Origin: Mobula hypostoma
Lineage: Eukaryota
Assembly (NCBI RefSeq): GCF_963921235.1
Contig: NC_086108.1
Coordinates: 72,232,001 to 72,296,000, forward strand
DNA length: 64,000 nucleotides
Direction: 5' to 3'
Part shown: positions 47,881-59,083 of the stretch, piece by piece
Layout: each line of letters begins with the position of its first letter
Position numbering within the stretch: position 1 is the first letter of the stretch
Program-made: the position numbers and the translations under genes
The notes under the pieces: model-generated
The model's database searches: none
Told to the model about the DNA's origin: nothing
Seen by the model: the letters and a program-made list of their open reading frames with translations, nothing else

Positions 47881-49688
47881 CCTCGGTCAGATGTGCTTGA
47901 CACAGTGTACACTTTAGCTAGAATACTGCTCTGAATCGTTCTTCATAATTTAATGAATTTTGAAGGATGTGGCTACTCTATGGTGTCTTTCATCGTATGA
48001 ATCTAAGAAGTGGTGGATAATATTTCCCTGCCTTGAAATAGCATTACCATGTTCAGTACAAGCCAGTGTGGGAGCGGCCAGCAGCAATATAACACAACTG
48101 CTTGGCTCCTTCTGTCTAAAAGGAAGGCTGTGAATATTTAGACTTTTCTTCCCTAGAGGACTATGAATGCTCATTTATTGAATTTATTCAAGACATTAAT
48201 CAATAGGTATTTGGATTGCCATGGGACTAAAGGAAATGAAGATAGGAGAAAGTTCCATTATCTTATTGAGTAGTGCAGGTTCATAATGCCTTATGGCTAC
48301 CCTCTTTCGACTTCTTATGTTCTTATTTTTTAAAACTGATATTTCACTAATTAACCAAAGGCCTAAGAAATGGATGAATGTCATTTCCACCTAGAGCCTG
48401 AGAAATTATGACATTATCTTCCATTTTCCCAGTAAAAGTTTATAATTCAAAACTTCATAAAGGATTGCATAATATCACCGGAAGGAGAATTAAAACAATC
48501 TGTAGACAAGAATCTTCTTCAAGACATCAATGCTAAATCACTGTAACAAAGACAGACAACTGCTTAGCAACGGATATTTCTGGATGATCAGGAGCAGCAC
48601 AACATAAAAAGATTCTTGAGATTATTTGATGTGGAGCAGTTTCTGGCATTTTGAAATCTAATATTACATGCCATCAAAGGAACTTGTCGTACAGATTTCA
48701 AAAACTCATAGGAGAGCTATTGCAAATGTTAACCCTATGTATACTTAGATCCTGATACTTTTTACATACTGTATTTAAAATAAAACCAGCTGAGAAATGA
48801 AGTCAATGGATCATAATAAAATCAGACTATTTTGAACTTTGTTGTTGGCTTGAAGCCATCTGCGTAAAACTGTAAAAAATGTTAAATGCCCAAAGAAGGA
48901 GAAGTGAATGAATCGTGCAGGGTGTGTCCACTTGACAGATTAGGTGATCCAATCATATTTCACAGTAATATATTTTACTCTGAAGACTGGTTATATATTT
49001 TTTTATCATTCTTACAATCGCTAATTTTATAAGGAGCAAGAATCCTCACCTAGATCTATTATTGGCAGATTATGTATAGTTGGTTGTAACTGTGAATACA
49101 ATGGTTCTTCACTTAGCCTAGAAAACACATAGGGTGCAGATTGTTTCTACTCATTTTTGATACATTAAGCGGTATAATGTTCAAGCTGGACTGTGCACGT
49201 CTATACTCGACCGGGAAACAGTACCATCGATTGCTGGATATTGTTGTTCAGAGTCTTGGACCACATATATGTGTTTTGTTTTTCGAGTGACTAAGCTTAT
49301 TTGCTCGCTATTTTGAATTATGTTACTTGCTATTTTTAAATATTTACTTGCTATTTTAAATGTTTTACACCTGGGCCCCAGAGGAATGCTGTCTCATTCA
49401 GCTGTATCTATGTATGGTTTGAATGATAATTGATTTGATTTAATTAATAGATAACAGTTTTTAGCTCTAATGTCCATTTGAGCATCCCACAAAAAAAAAC
49501 AATTGGCCAAAATCCAAGTTTAGATGGGATGGGCGTGGTTTACGCTCAGGAACAGTTGTTGAAACAGTTCTGCTTAATTCCTGAGGAAAAATTTTTGTAT
49601 ATTTGTGTATCTCAGTGCTTTGCAGTCATTAAAGGTGTCAGCCCACAAAGGCAGATTCTGCATGGTACGCACTCAGCAGAAATGTTTA

Positions 49689-49780
49689 GCAACACACAAA
49701 ATGCTGGAAAAAGTCAGCAAGTCAGGCAACATTTATGTAGGGAAATCAACTTTCGACATTTCAGGCTGAGACCCTCATCG
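49689..49780 (-). repeat. Short Penelope pseudo-LTR/hammerhead-derived element
   Basis: The reverse complement reads GATGAGGGTCTCAGCCTGAAATGTCG...TGCCTGACTTGCTGAC...CCAGCATTTTGTGTGTTGC. Confidence 0.8.
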
Positions 49781-49789
49781 ACCACCCTC

Positions 49790-50215
49790 TTATCATCCGA
49801 GCACACAGTTAGTCAGGCCACAGGGACGTATCTACCTCTATGCTCATCATGAGAGCCACCATCTCCTCTTTTTTTAATATAGATATGTTTCAGGACAACA
49901 CTGTTTTCTTCCCTAAATTCCCTAGCTTCCATTACTTTCTCCATGGTAAATACATGCAAGAAATATTCACTTAAGATCTCGTTTATTGTCCCTAGCACCA
50001 CACATAAATGACCACACCGCTCCTTAAGGGGACCTACCATCTCTCTGGTTACCCTTTGGCTCTTAATATACATAGAATCTTTTAGGAATCTCCATTATCT
50101 TATCTGCCAAGGCTATCTCATGCTTCCATTTTGCCCTCCTGAGTTCCTTCTCAAATATCCTCCTACATCCCTTATTCTCCTGAAGGGATTCTGTTGTATT
50201 CATTCTATCCAACAT
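49790..50215 (-). mobile_element. CR1 ORF2 linker fragment
   Basis: KELRRAKWKHEIALADKIMEIPKRFY and EILSEYFLHVFT. Confidence 0.8.
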
Positions 50216-50369
50216 GATGGATGCCTGCTGCCTGCACCAGCATCGGAATGAGGTTGTGGATGATGAGAAAGGACCTGCACTGGCAGCCAATTTGTTCTTC
50301 CTGCAGTTCCAGCTTGTGCTTCTTTAGAAGTTTCACCTCATGACCTTCAGAATGTTGAGCTTCTTGCTG

Positions 50370-50497
50370 TGGAAAGAGTAAAGTCGATGTTTAGGGCCTT
50401 CTTTTCCTAGATGCTGCCTGGCCTGCTGAGTTCCTCCATCATTTTGTGTGTGTTGCTCAGATTTCCAGCATCTGCAGATTTTCTCTTGTTTGTGATT
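50370..50497. repeat. Penelope pseudo-LTR-derived element with an inverted junction
   Basis: GGAAAGAGTAAAGTCGATGTTTAGGGCC (minus orientation) joined to TAGATGCTGCCTGGCCTGCTGAGTTCCTCC...CCAGCATCTGCAG (plus orientation). Confidence 0.8.
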
Positions 50498-50928
50498 GGG
50501 CTTCTTCCTGTGGTACCAGTTGTTGTCTAGGATGGGCTAAATTGTGCAACAAATCCCCATGTGCATTGCAGGGAATCCATGGACTATTATAAGAACAGAT
50601 CCCATCTTCAGGAGCCCAGTGATATCTTCCATTAATGCACTCGTATGGCGCTTAAATCTGTATTCAGCTTGTGAGCAGGAGCACAAACTAACGTATGTAG
50701 CAAGATAAGTATAGCATAGTTCTCATCCCAGAACATCTATCCTTGTAGTGAGAGTTTGATGCTGAAAATATCCAGCAATATGATCTCCCTCAGAATAAAA
50801 GAATCAGGCGTGTTTCTTTACCATATGGCATTCGCAACAGGATAATTCTCTTGTGATTTAAGCCACTTGCAGAATGAGGATTTTGAAACCTTTTCTGCCT
50901 ATAATAATGTACAGTCATTGTGCAAATA

Positions 50929-51735
50929 AGACCATAAGGTATGGGAGCAGATGTAGGCCATTTGGCCCATTGAGTCTGCTCCGGCATTCAATCCTGGGCT
51001 GATCTAATTAATCCAGTTATCCCCACTCCAATGCCTTCTCTCCATACCCTTTGATGCCCTAGCTAATCAAGAACCTATCTATCTCTGCCTTAAATGCACC
51101 AATGACTTGGCCTCCACAGCTGCTCGTGGCAACAAATTCCTCAGATTTACCATCCTCTGACTAAAGTAATTTCTCTGCATCTCTGTTCTAAATGGACATC
51201 CTTCAAGCCTGAAGTCGTGCCCTCTCATGCTAGAATCCCCTACCATGGGAGATAACTTTGCCATATCTAATCTGTTCAGGCCTTTTAACATGCTACGAGA
51301 TCCCACCTCATTCTCCTGAGCTCCTGAGCTCCTGAGCTCCTGGGATACCGCCCAAGAGCTGCCAGACATTCCTCATATAGTAACCCTTTCATTCCTGGAA
51401 TTATTCTTGTGAATCTTCTCTGAACCCTCTCCAATGTCAGTATATCCTTTCTAAATTAAGGAGCCCAAAACTGCACACAATACTCCAAGTTTTGCCTCAT
51501 GAGTGCCTTATAGAGCTTCATCCCTGCTCTTATATTCCATACAACATTGCATTCACCTTCTTCACCACCAACACAACCTGGAGGTTAACCTTTAGGGTAT
51601 CCTGCTCAAGTACTCCCAAGTCCCTTTGCATCTCTGCATTTTGAATTCTCTCCCCATCTAAATAACAGTCTGCTCGCAGACCATTAAGCTTCTCCAGCAC
51701 CTTCTGAGTCGTAATTTTCACTGAACATACTTCAC
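50929..51735 (-). mobile_element. CR1 3' fragment with internal deletions and a (CTCCTGAG)x3 expansion at 51313-51342
   Basis: Close to the 43865-45890 subfamily (YLDGERIQNAEMQRDLGVL; RGHDFRLEGCPFRTEM). KLNGLR is joined directly to ADCYLDGE, deleting the RT core. Confidence 0.9.
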
Positions 51736-51867
51736 TTCTCTGTGATACCAGTGGCTCACTGCATTATAAGAAGTCAATAATGCTTTTTCTTCACTGAATA
51801 ATATCCCTGGTGCTGCAGTGAACAGTAATGCTTGGAATGAAACTATTCAATGGAAGGAGCAATAAAG

Positions 51868-51970
51868 GCGTAGAATGTCACTTCGGTTAGCACGATGCTA
51901 TTACAGCTAGGGATATCGGAGTTTCGAGTGCAGTTCTATGTTGGCTGTAAGCAGTTAACATGTCCTTGCC
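51868..51970 (+). mobile_element. V-SINE head remnant
   Basis: CGGTTAGCACGATGCTATTACAGCT...GGAGTT...CTGTAAGCAGTT parallels the 28368 head. Confidence 0.5.
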
Positions 51971-52148
51971 ATAAAATTCACCCTCTGTGAATTTTAGAAT
52001 GTGTAGCATGACTACATATTGTGGAACAGTTATAACAAGGAGACAAATTTCTGCCAGGCAGCCAAACTTGACCGAAGTGATTCTTAGCCCCTTCTGGCTG
52101 AGTTAGCAAGCTATGTATGGTGGCTGGGTCTGTATAAGGGCCACGGTT

Positions 52149-52604
52149 GCTTTACATAGAACAAGATATAAAAATCAAACATCAAATTTCAGGCAATATA
52201 TAAGAGAATAAAATCACACAAGCAAATAGCTATGATAAATAAAGTTACAGTGCGGGAGATTCTAATTAAAAGCTGCGGCAAAAAGAAAAGTTTTAAGCCT
52301 CGATTTAAAAGAGCTTAAAGTTGGGCCAGATTTCAGATCGTCTGGAAGGTTATTCCAGATATGTGGGGCATAGTAACTAAAAGCTGCTTCACCACGTTTA
52401 GTTTTGACCCTGGGGACGGTAAGCAGACCCGCCCCAGATGACCTGAGAGCTCGGGAAGATTCATAATGCAGCAGAAGATCGGAGATGTACTTTGGCTTTA
52501 TAAACCAGTAGTACTATTTTAAAGTCAATCCTCTGATGGACAGGAAGCCAGTGTAGCAATCTGAGAACTGGAGTGATGTGTTCTGCTTCTTTGGTCTTAG
52601 TGAG
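52149..52604 (-). mobile_element. L2 LINE 3' fragment
   Basis: Manual translation: LTKTKEAEHITPVLRLLHWLPVHQRIDFKIVLLVYK / PKYISDLLLHYESSRALRSSGAGLLTVPRVKTKRGEAAFSYYAPHIWNNLPDDLKSGPTLSSFKSRLKTFLFAAAFN*, with the stop at 52262-52264 and one frameshifting deletion. The UTR ends TGTAAAGCA. Confidence 0.92.
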
Positions 52605-54704
52605 ACAAAGGATTCTTACATTTTGAAGACAGCACATCACTGCTGCTCTGTGAGAAAGTCAGCTGCACTGGTGATCCACACACACCTAGTCATTGTAAAA
52701 AGATATTATCCGCTCCAGCACTAGTTCACTTCCGTTGTGGCATCTGAGGAATTCAAATACAACTCTCAGATGACACATGGTGAAATCTGACATGTAAATA
52801 AGCATTTGGCAGCAAATACACTTAAAATATTTGTGGTCTGACACCTGTTACTGGAATTTTGTTTAACGATCTCCAGCAGCATTCATGTCAAGGAATAGTG
52901 AATCAAACCACCTATCATACATTACAGTTGGAAATGTTTCTTAGACTTCTTTAAATCAGCATTCACCTTCAGTCTCGGTGGACCCTACATTAGCTGTTGA
53001 TTAATCAACTGAACCAATCCCCAACTAAATAAAAAAATCTTTTAAATGGTCTTTTTTCTTTGCCCAGATGGTTGAGTCATGTAAATTGTATCCAACTGAT
53101 ACTGTGCCTGGTATTCAAACTCTAAGAGAGGACTGTGAATGGGTAGACCAGATCTTCAGAACATATAGAACAAATGGAAGCAAATGAAAGGAAACAAGGG
53201 AAGGAAAAACATCCACAAATGCAACAGACCCAGAAGAATGGAAAATTAAAATAAATTTCTTTTGAGGAATGAGATTGGAATGTTCTAACAAAAGTGTTGA
53301 TTTTTGCACTGCTGCTTAAAACACATTGAAGTGGATTATCTTTTAAAAAGCTTCCAAATTTCTCTTCCATTTTGCCAGCAGAGGAGTCCACTGAGATGAA
53401 GAACTGCTGATAAATCAAAAGTTTTGCCAGCTCAGAGACTTGCCAAGACACAGACATAGTGAAGCTTTGGCCCAGGAAAGAAAACTGAGATCATTTTCAA
53501 AGCAGAAGAGAGGAAGAAAAAGAAGGCTAATGTCAAGTTCTGGAGGATGTAACTGGTTTTGAATGCTGCAGAGTATAGTGCCAACTCAATGTCATTTTGG
53601 CCTAGTGATGTCTCGGCTTCAGATATTGAAGTGACAACGTACATTTTATTTCTTAATAAGAAACCAGACATTAGCTCTGTTCCTTGATAGCATTAAAGGA
53701 GATTAGCTGGGCTATTGGAGGATCAGTAAATCTTGTGCAATGCAACTGCTTCTGTACTGATGTAGAACTTGCATTCCTAGTTTTGTGAGAGAGATTACAG
53801 AACACTTGACAGATGTTTGAATGTATTGATGACTTCACATCAAAGTTCTGCTAAATTTTGCATGCTATTTCATGTAAGAGTTGATGCAGAAATATTTGTG
53901 TGATTGGCACTTTAGGATGCATAGTAGAATGTCAAATTTAGTTGCTTTGCTCTTGGAAATCATGGACAATGGACAGCAGTGATCAATACTTAATCTCATA
54001 CCTTGCTGTTGACTCCAGTGGAAAAAGAATTGAAGTATATATTTCCCAAAACTGCCTATTTTAATTTTGTGTGTTTTGTCTATGAAAATATTTCATCACA
54101 TTTAATTCAAAGTTACATGGACCATCATCAAATTCCAAACACTTCACTGTCACCAAATCTAGCTCAAGCAAATTCCTTCAGTTCTGTCAACTACAGAAAT
54201 TAGATCAAAAGTTTGTGACTTATGCTATTTGTAAGTAACTCAATACGAACAGAAAGTTCATATTGCAAAGCAGTGTGCTATGTGTGACCTTTGGACTTAC
54301 ATATGTAAAAAGAGGTCTGTGATTTTTAACTTAAGAGTAATTAACATCAACAAGGTTCTATAAAGGTTAAGGAGCCTGTATGGTGTTAACTGCAGCCCTC
54401 ACATCCCTCTAACCACGGGAGTTTGTAACCACCAATGGTGATGATGCATGGTCTGCCTGCTTTGTGGTCAGGAAAGGGAATTTCTGTGAAATGTATGTGA
54501 CATCCTCCCTTCCATTTTTTCTACCAACATTTTTTCCAGTTCCTTTCTACACTTGTATCTCTCATCTAATAAAATTCCCATGGGAAAAGAGTGAAATTTC
54601 ATAACTAATGGGAAACTTTACAGTCCAGATTGATTATGTCCTAGAACCAAACTCACCTGAAACCGGTCATAGGTCTGCAATATTTAGATGATGCTACCCT
54701 CAGT

Positions 54705-55008
54705 CAGCTCTTCTGGGCAGGCTATATCATTTACATATGCTCAGAGGCTGAGTTCCAAATCATTGATGACTCGCCCACTGAAATATATGAGGGGATGGGT
54801 CTTAAATACAACATCTGCAAGACTATGACCAACCAGGCCCCACTGTTCCACACCCTTGACAAGATGGTGAGACCTGAGAAAATCTGGAACACTTTGCATA
54901 TCTCACGAGCCACCTCTCAATGAAGAGATGCCTCAATGAAGAAATTTACCATTGCCTTTAATGCACCAGAACAGTCCTTGGTTAACTGAAGAATGGGGTT
55001 TGAAGATC
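54705..55008 (+). mobile_element. Old RTE-clade RT remnant
   Basis: Segments SEAEFQII, YEGMGLKYNICKT, ENLEHFAYLTSHLS and NEEIYHCL resemble the post-YADD region of RTE/BovB. Confidence 0.6.
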
Positions 55009-55499
55009 TCTTTCTTTGTTCACCAACCGATTTCTCTATTCTATATAAAACTTAATTGGAAGGGAAGTAATTTAACTTTAATATAAGGGAAAGACTTCAG
55101 TAGGTGGCAAGAGATGTTTTTACGTTTGCTCAGTTAAACGTACTCCACATCCATATGATCGTCACTACCTGAATCCTTGGAACCAAAATATATGACAATT
55201 CTCCAATTAACTTCTTTCACAGGAGAGGTGAGGTAAGGAGAATTTTGTTTCATGATTCAGAATCAGAATCAGTTTTATTATCAATGACGAAAGTTTTGAA
55301 ATTTGTTGTTTTGCAGTTGTGGTAGAGTAAGAGTAACTTGTGAGGGAGGGAGAACTGCAGGAGAGGATCTAATGGTGAGTGGTTTATGGGGTGGTGTACT
55401 TGTTTCCTCCATTTATGCATGGCTTCCGACTGCTCTGGATGCATAGACTTCTCATTCTCAACACAATCCTACAGGCTCCTTCTTTCTGACCAGTGACGG

Positions 55500-56000
55500 T
55501 CCAGGAATCAGGTAATTATGCTACAGCTTAATTAACCACTGCTTAGGCCACACCTAATTGCATCCAGTTCTGGTTGATCTGTAATAGGAAGGATGTGGAG
55601 GCTCTGCAGAAGGTGGAGAAGAAGTTTACCAGGATGCTGCCTGGATTAGAGGGCATATGCTTTAAGGAGAGAGTGGAAAAATGTGAGTAATTTTCTCCAA
55701 AGCAGCACAGGCTGAGAGGAGACCTGATAGAAGTTTGTAAGATTATAAAAGGCATATCTGGTATAATTTTTTCCAATATCAAAATGTCTAACATGGAGGG
55801 CATGTAGTTGGGGGGAGGGAGGTAAGTTCAAAGGAAATATTTGAGAAGGGACAAGTTTTTTTACACTGAGGGGAATGTGCTGACAAGGTGGTGTTTGAGG
55901 CAAATAAGATGGAAGAATTTAAGAGGATCTTAGATAGGCACATGAATGTACTGGGAACTTAGGGATTTAGACATCATGTAGGCATAAGGGATTAGTTTAA
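55500..56000 (+). mobile_element. Decayed CR1 3' fragment
   Basis: AGGAAGGATGTGGAGGCT...TTTACCAGGATGCTGCCTGGATTAGAG...AGAGGAGACCTGATAGAAG. Confidence 0.85.
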
Positions 56001-56454
56001 TTCAGTGTTTAATTGCTAATTTAATTAGTTTTACACAGCATCAGTTTATTAGAAGGCTCAGGAGAGGACATAACTACAAAATAATGCTATAAATGCCTCA
56101 TTGCACTGAAAATATGTTGAACCTCCTTTTGTAATGAGAGGCAATTACGGGAATCAATGATTCAACAAAAGCTAGTTTATAAAAATAAACTAATAGTTGG
56201 AAACAAAAAAAGGTTGCACAATATGTGCACTCAAGTTTTACACCTTTAAAAAAAGTGTAATTCAAGATTCAATATTTAGGATTGTTTATTGTCATTACCA
56301 GGACACAATTGTAAAGAACAAAATAATTGCAATCCAGATTTGATGCAGCACAAAATAAAGCACAATATGATGATGAACACAATAATAAAAAACACAATAA
56401 ATACAAATATATAAGATAACTTATATACATTGATTGTATGTTCATAAAGTGGCA

Positions 56455-58787
56455 CCGGGTTTGATCGAGGGAGGACTGCACGACCGCGTGGACATCAGCA
56501 AGTTAGACCGGTGTGAAAAGTTTAAAAGGAGACGGATTTTTCTTCAGTGGTTTGATCGAGTGATGACTGCGCAAGTGCGTGGACGTCAGCGAATTAGACA
56601 GGTGCGAAGTTTAAAAGGAGACAGCTTTACAGAGTGGGCATCAGAGGGGCGGGCAACACAGTAGAGGGAGAGAGAGTAGGAGGGCTTTGATTCAACGGGG
56701 CTTTGGTGACAACAGGTCGAGGCCAAGTAGGTTACCTGTGAAGAATAGAAACAGGAAGTATGTCTATGAGGCCTGTGCTCTGTACTGGGTGTCAGATGTG
56801 GGAAATCCAGGAGACTCCTGGCTTCCCTGACAGCCACATCTGTGCCTGGTGCATTGAGTTTCAGCTCCTTAGGGACAGGGTTAGGGAACTGGAGCTGCAG
56901 CTCATTGACCATCGTCTGGTCAGGGAAAGTGAAGAGGTGATAGAGAGGAGCTAATAGGCAAGCAGTCACACTGGGGCCTCGGAGGACAGATAAGTGGGTA
57001 ATCATCAGGAGAGGGAAGGGCAAGAGGCAGATACTAGAGAGTACCTATGTTGCTGTCCCCCTTAACAACAAGTACTCCTGTTTGAGTACTGTTGGGGGCG
57101 ACGGCCTACCTGAGGGAAGCAACAGTGACCGCGCCTCTGGCACAGAGTCTGGCCCTGTGGCTCAGAAGGGTAGGGAAAGGAAGAAGGCAGGGGACTCTAT
57201 AGTTAGGGGGTCAGATAGGCGATTCTGTGGACGCAGGAAAGAAACACAGATGGCAGTTTGCCTCACAGGTGCCGGGGTCCGGGATGTTTTTGATCACGTC
57301 CACGATATCCTGAAGTGGGAAGGTAAACAGCCAGAGGTTGTGGTACATATTGGTACCAACGATACAGGTAGGAAAAGGGAGGAGGTCCTGAAAACAGACT
57401 ACAGGCAGTTAGGAAAGAAGCTGAGAAGCAGGACTTCAAAGTTAGTAATCTCAGGATTACTGCCTGTGCCACGCGACAGTGAATATAGGAATAGAGTGAG
57501 GTGGAGGATAAATGCGTGGTTGAGGGATTGGAGCAGGGGGCAGGGATTCAGATTTCTGGACCATTGGGATCTCTTTTGGGGCAGACATTGCACTTGAATC
57601 CAAGGGGGACCAATATCCTGGCAGGGAGATTTGCTGAGCCTGAAGAGTTTAAACTAGAATTGCTGGGGGTGGGAAATGAACTGAGGAGATGGAGGAAGGG
57701 GCTGTTGGCTCACAAATAGAGAAAGCTTGGAGACAGTGTGAGAGGGAGGATAGGCAGGTGATAGAGAAGGGATGTGCTCAGATGGTTTGAGATGTGTCTA
57801 TTTTAATGCAAGAAGCATCATGAACAAAGTGAATGAGCTTAGAGTGTGGATCAATACCTGGACCTATGATGTTGTAGCCAAGAAAAGGATCTTGGTGATT
57901 GTAGGGATGACTTACAGAGGATTGAAAAGCTTGAGCATATAGACATTAAGAAAGAGGATATGCTGGAGCTTTTGGAAAGCATCAAGTTGGATAAGTCTCT
58001 GGGACCAGATGAGATGTACTCCAGGCTACTGTGGGAGGAGAGGGAGGAGATTGCTGAGCATCTGGCATCATCTTTGTATCATCAATAGGGACGGGAGAGG
58101 TTCTGGAGGATTAGAGGGTTGCAGATGTTGTTCCATTATTCAAGAAAGGGAGTAGAGATAGCCCAGGAAATTATAGACCAGTGAGTCTTACTTCAGTGGT
58201 TGGTAAGTTGATGCAAAAGATCCTGAGAGGTAGTATTTATGAACATTTGGAGAGACATAGTATGATTAGGATTAGTCAGCATGACTTTGTCAAAGGCAGA
58301 TCGTGCCTTTCAAACCTGATTGAATTTTTTGAGGATGTGACTAAACACATTAATGAAGGTAGAGCAGTGGGTGCAGTGTATATGGATTTCAACAAGTCAT
58401 TTGACAAGGTACCCCATGCAAGGCTTATTGAGAAAGTAAAGGGGCATAGGATTCAAGGGGACATTGCTTTGTGGATCTATAATTTGCTTGTTCACAGAAG
58501 GCAAAGAGTGGTTGTAGACAGGTCATATTCTGCATGGAGGTCGGTGACCAGTGGTGTGCCTTAGGGATCTGTTCTGGGACCTCTTCTCTTTGTGATTTTT
58601 ATAAATGACCTGGATGAGGAAGTGGAGGGATGGATTAGTAAATTTGCTGATGACACAAAGGTTGGGGGTGTTGTGGATAGTGTGGAGGGCTGTCAGAGGT
58701 TACAGCGGGACATCGATAGGATGCAAAACTGGGCTGAGAAGTGGCAGATGGAGTTCAACCCAGATAAATGTGAGGTGGTTCATTTTG
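56455..58787 (+). mobile_element. CR1 LINE with 5' UTR and ORF1, endonuclease deleted, cut by an L1 insertion
   Basis: ORF1 pieces 56760-56954 (CTGCQMW...HICAWC) and 57082-57597 (GDSIVRG, HIGTND). ORF2 starts CVYFNARS, then jumps at about 57880 to the pre-RT region. RT 58181-58787 (KFADDTK) ends at VVHF. Confidence 0.93.
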
Positions 58788-59083
58788 TTTCTTCTCAAAT
58801 CTTTTTATTGTATATATAGGAATAATAACATGAGTACATCGAAGTAACAACACTTACAATGCCTCAAAAAAACCCATCATCTTAAAGATTGAAAACAAAA
58901 TTTTGTGATAACAAAAAAAACCTACTGAGCAGAAAAGTGAGAAAAAAAAGAGAACCCATTAGGTGTACAACCCCGGAGCCATGCGTCATACAAAAAGCTT
59001 CTAAAAATAAACATCAAACCGCCAGCAAGAAAAGAAAATATACTAAAAAAATTTACAATTAGATCATAGAAAAATGATATCAA

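Noticed and set aside
50220..50370. Possible RTE C-terminal zinc-finger remnant (RKNKLAASAGPFSSSTTSFRCWC)
   Set aside because: Too short and degenerate to call without an HMM search.
53060..53680. ORFs 53122-53457 and 53432-53671, and an acceptor-like site near 53068, as host exons
   Set aside because: No recognisable domain, early stops in the plus frames and no coherent splice pair.
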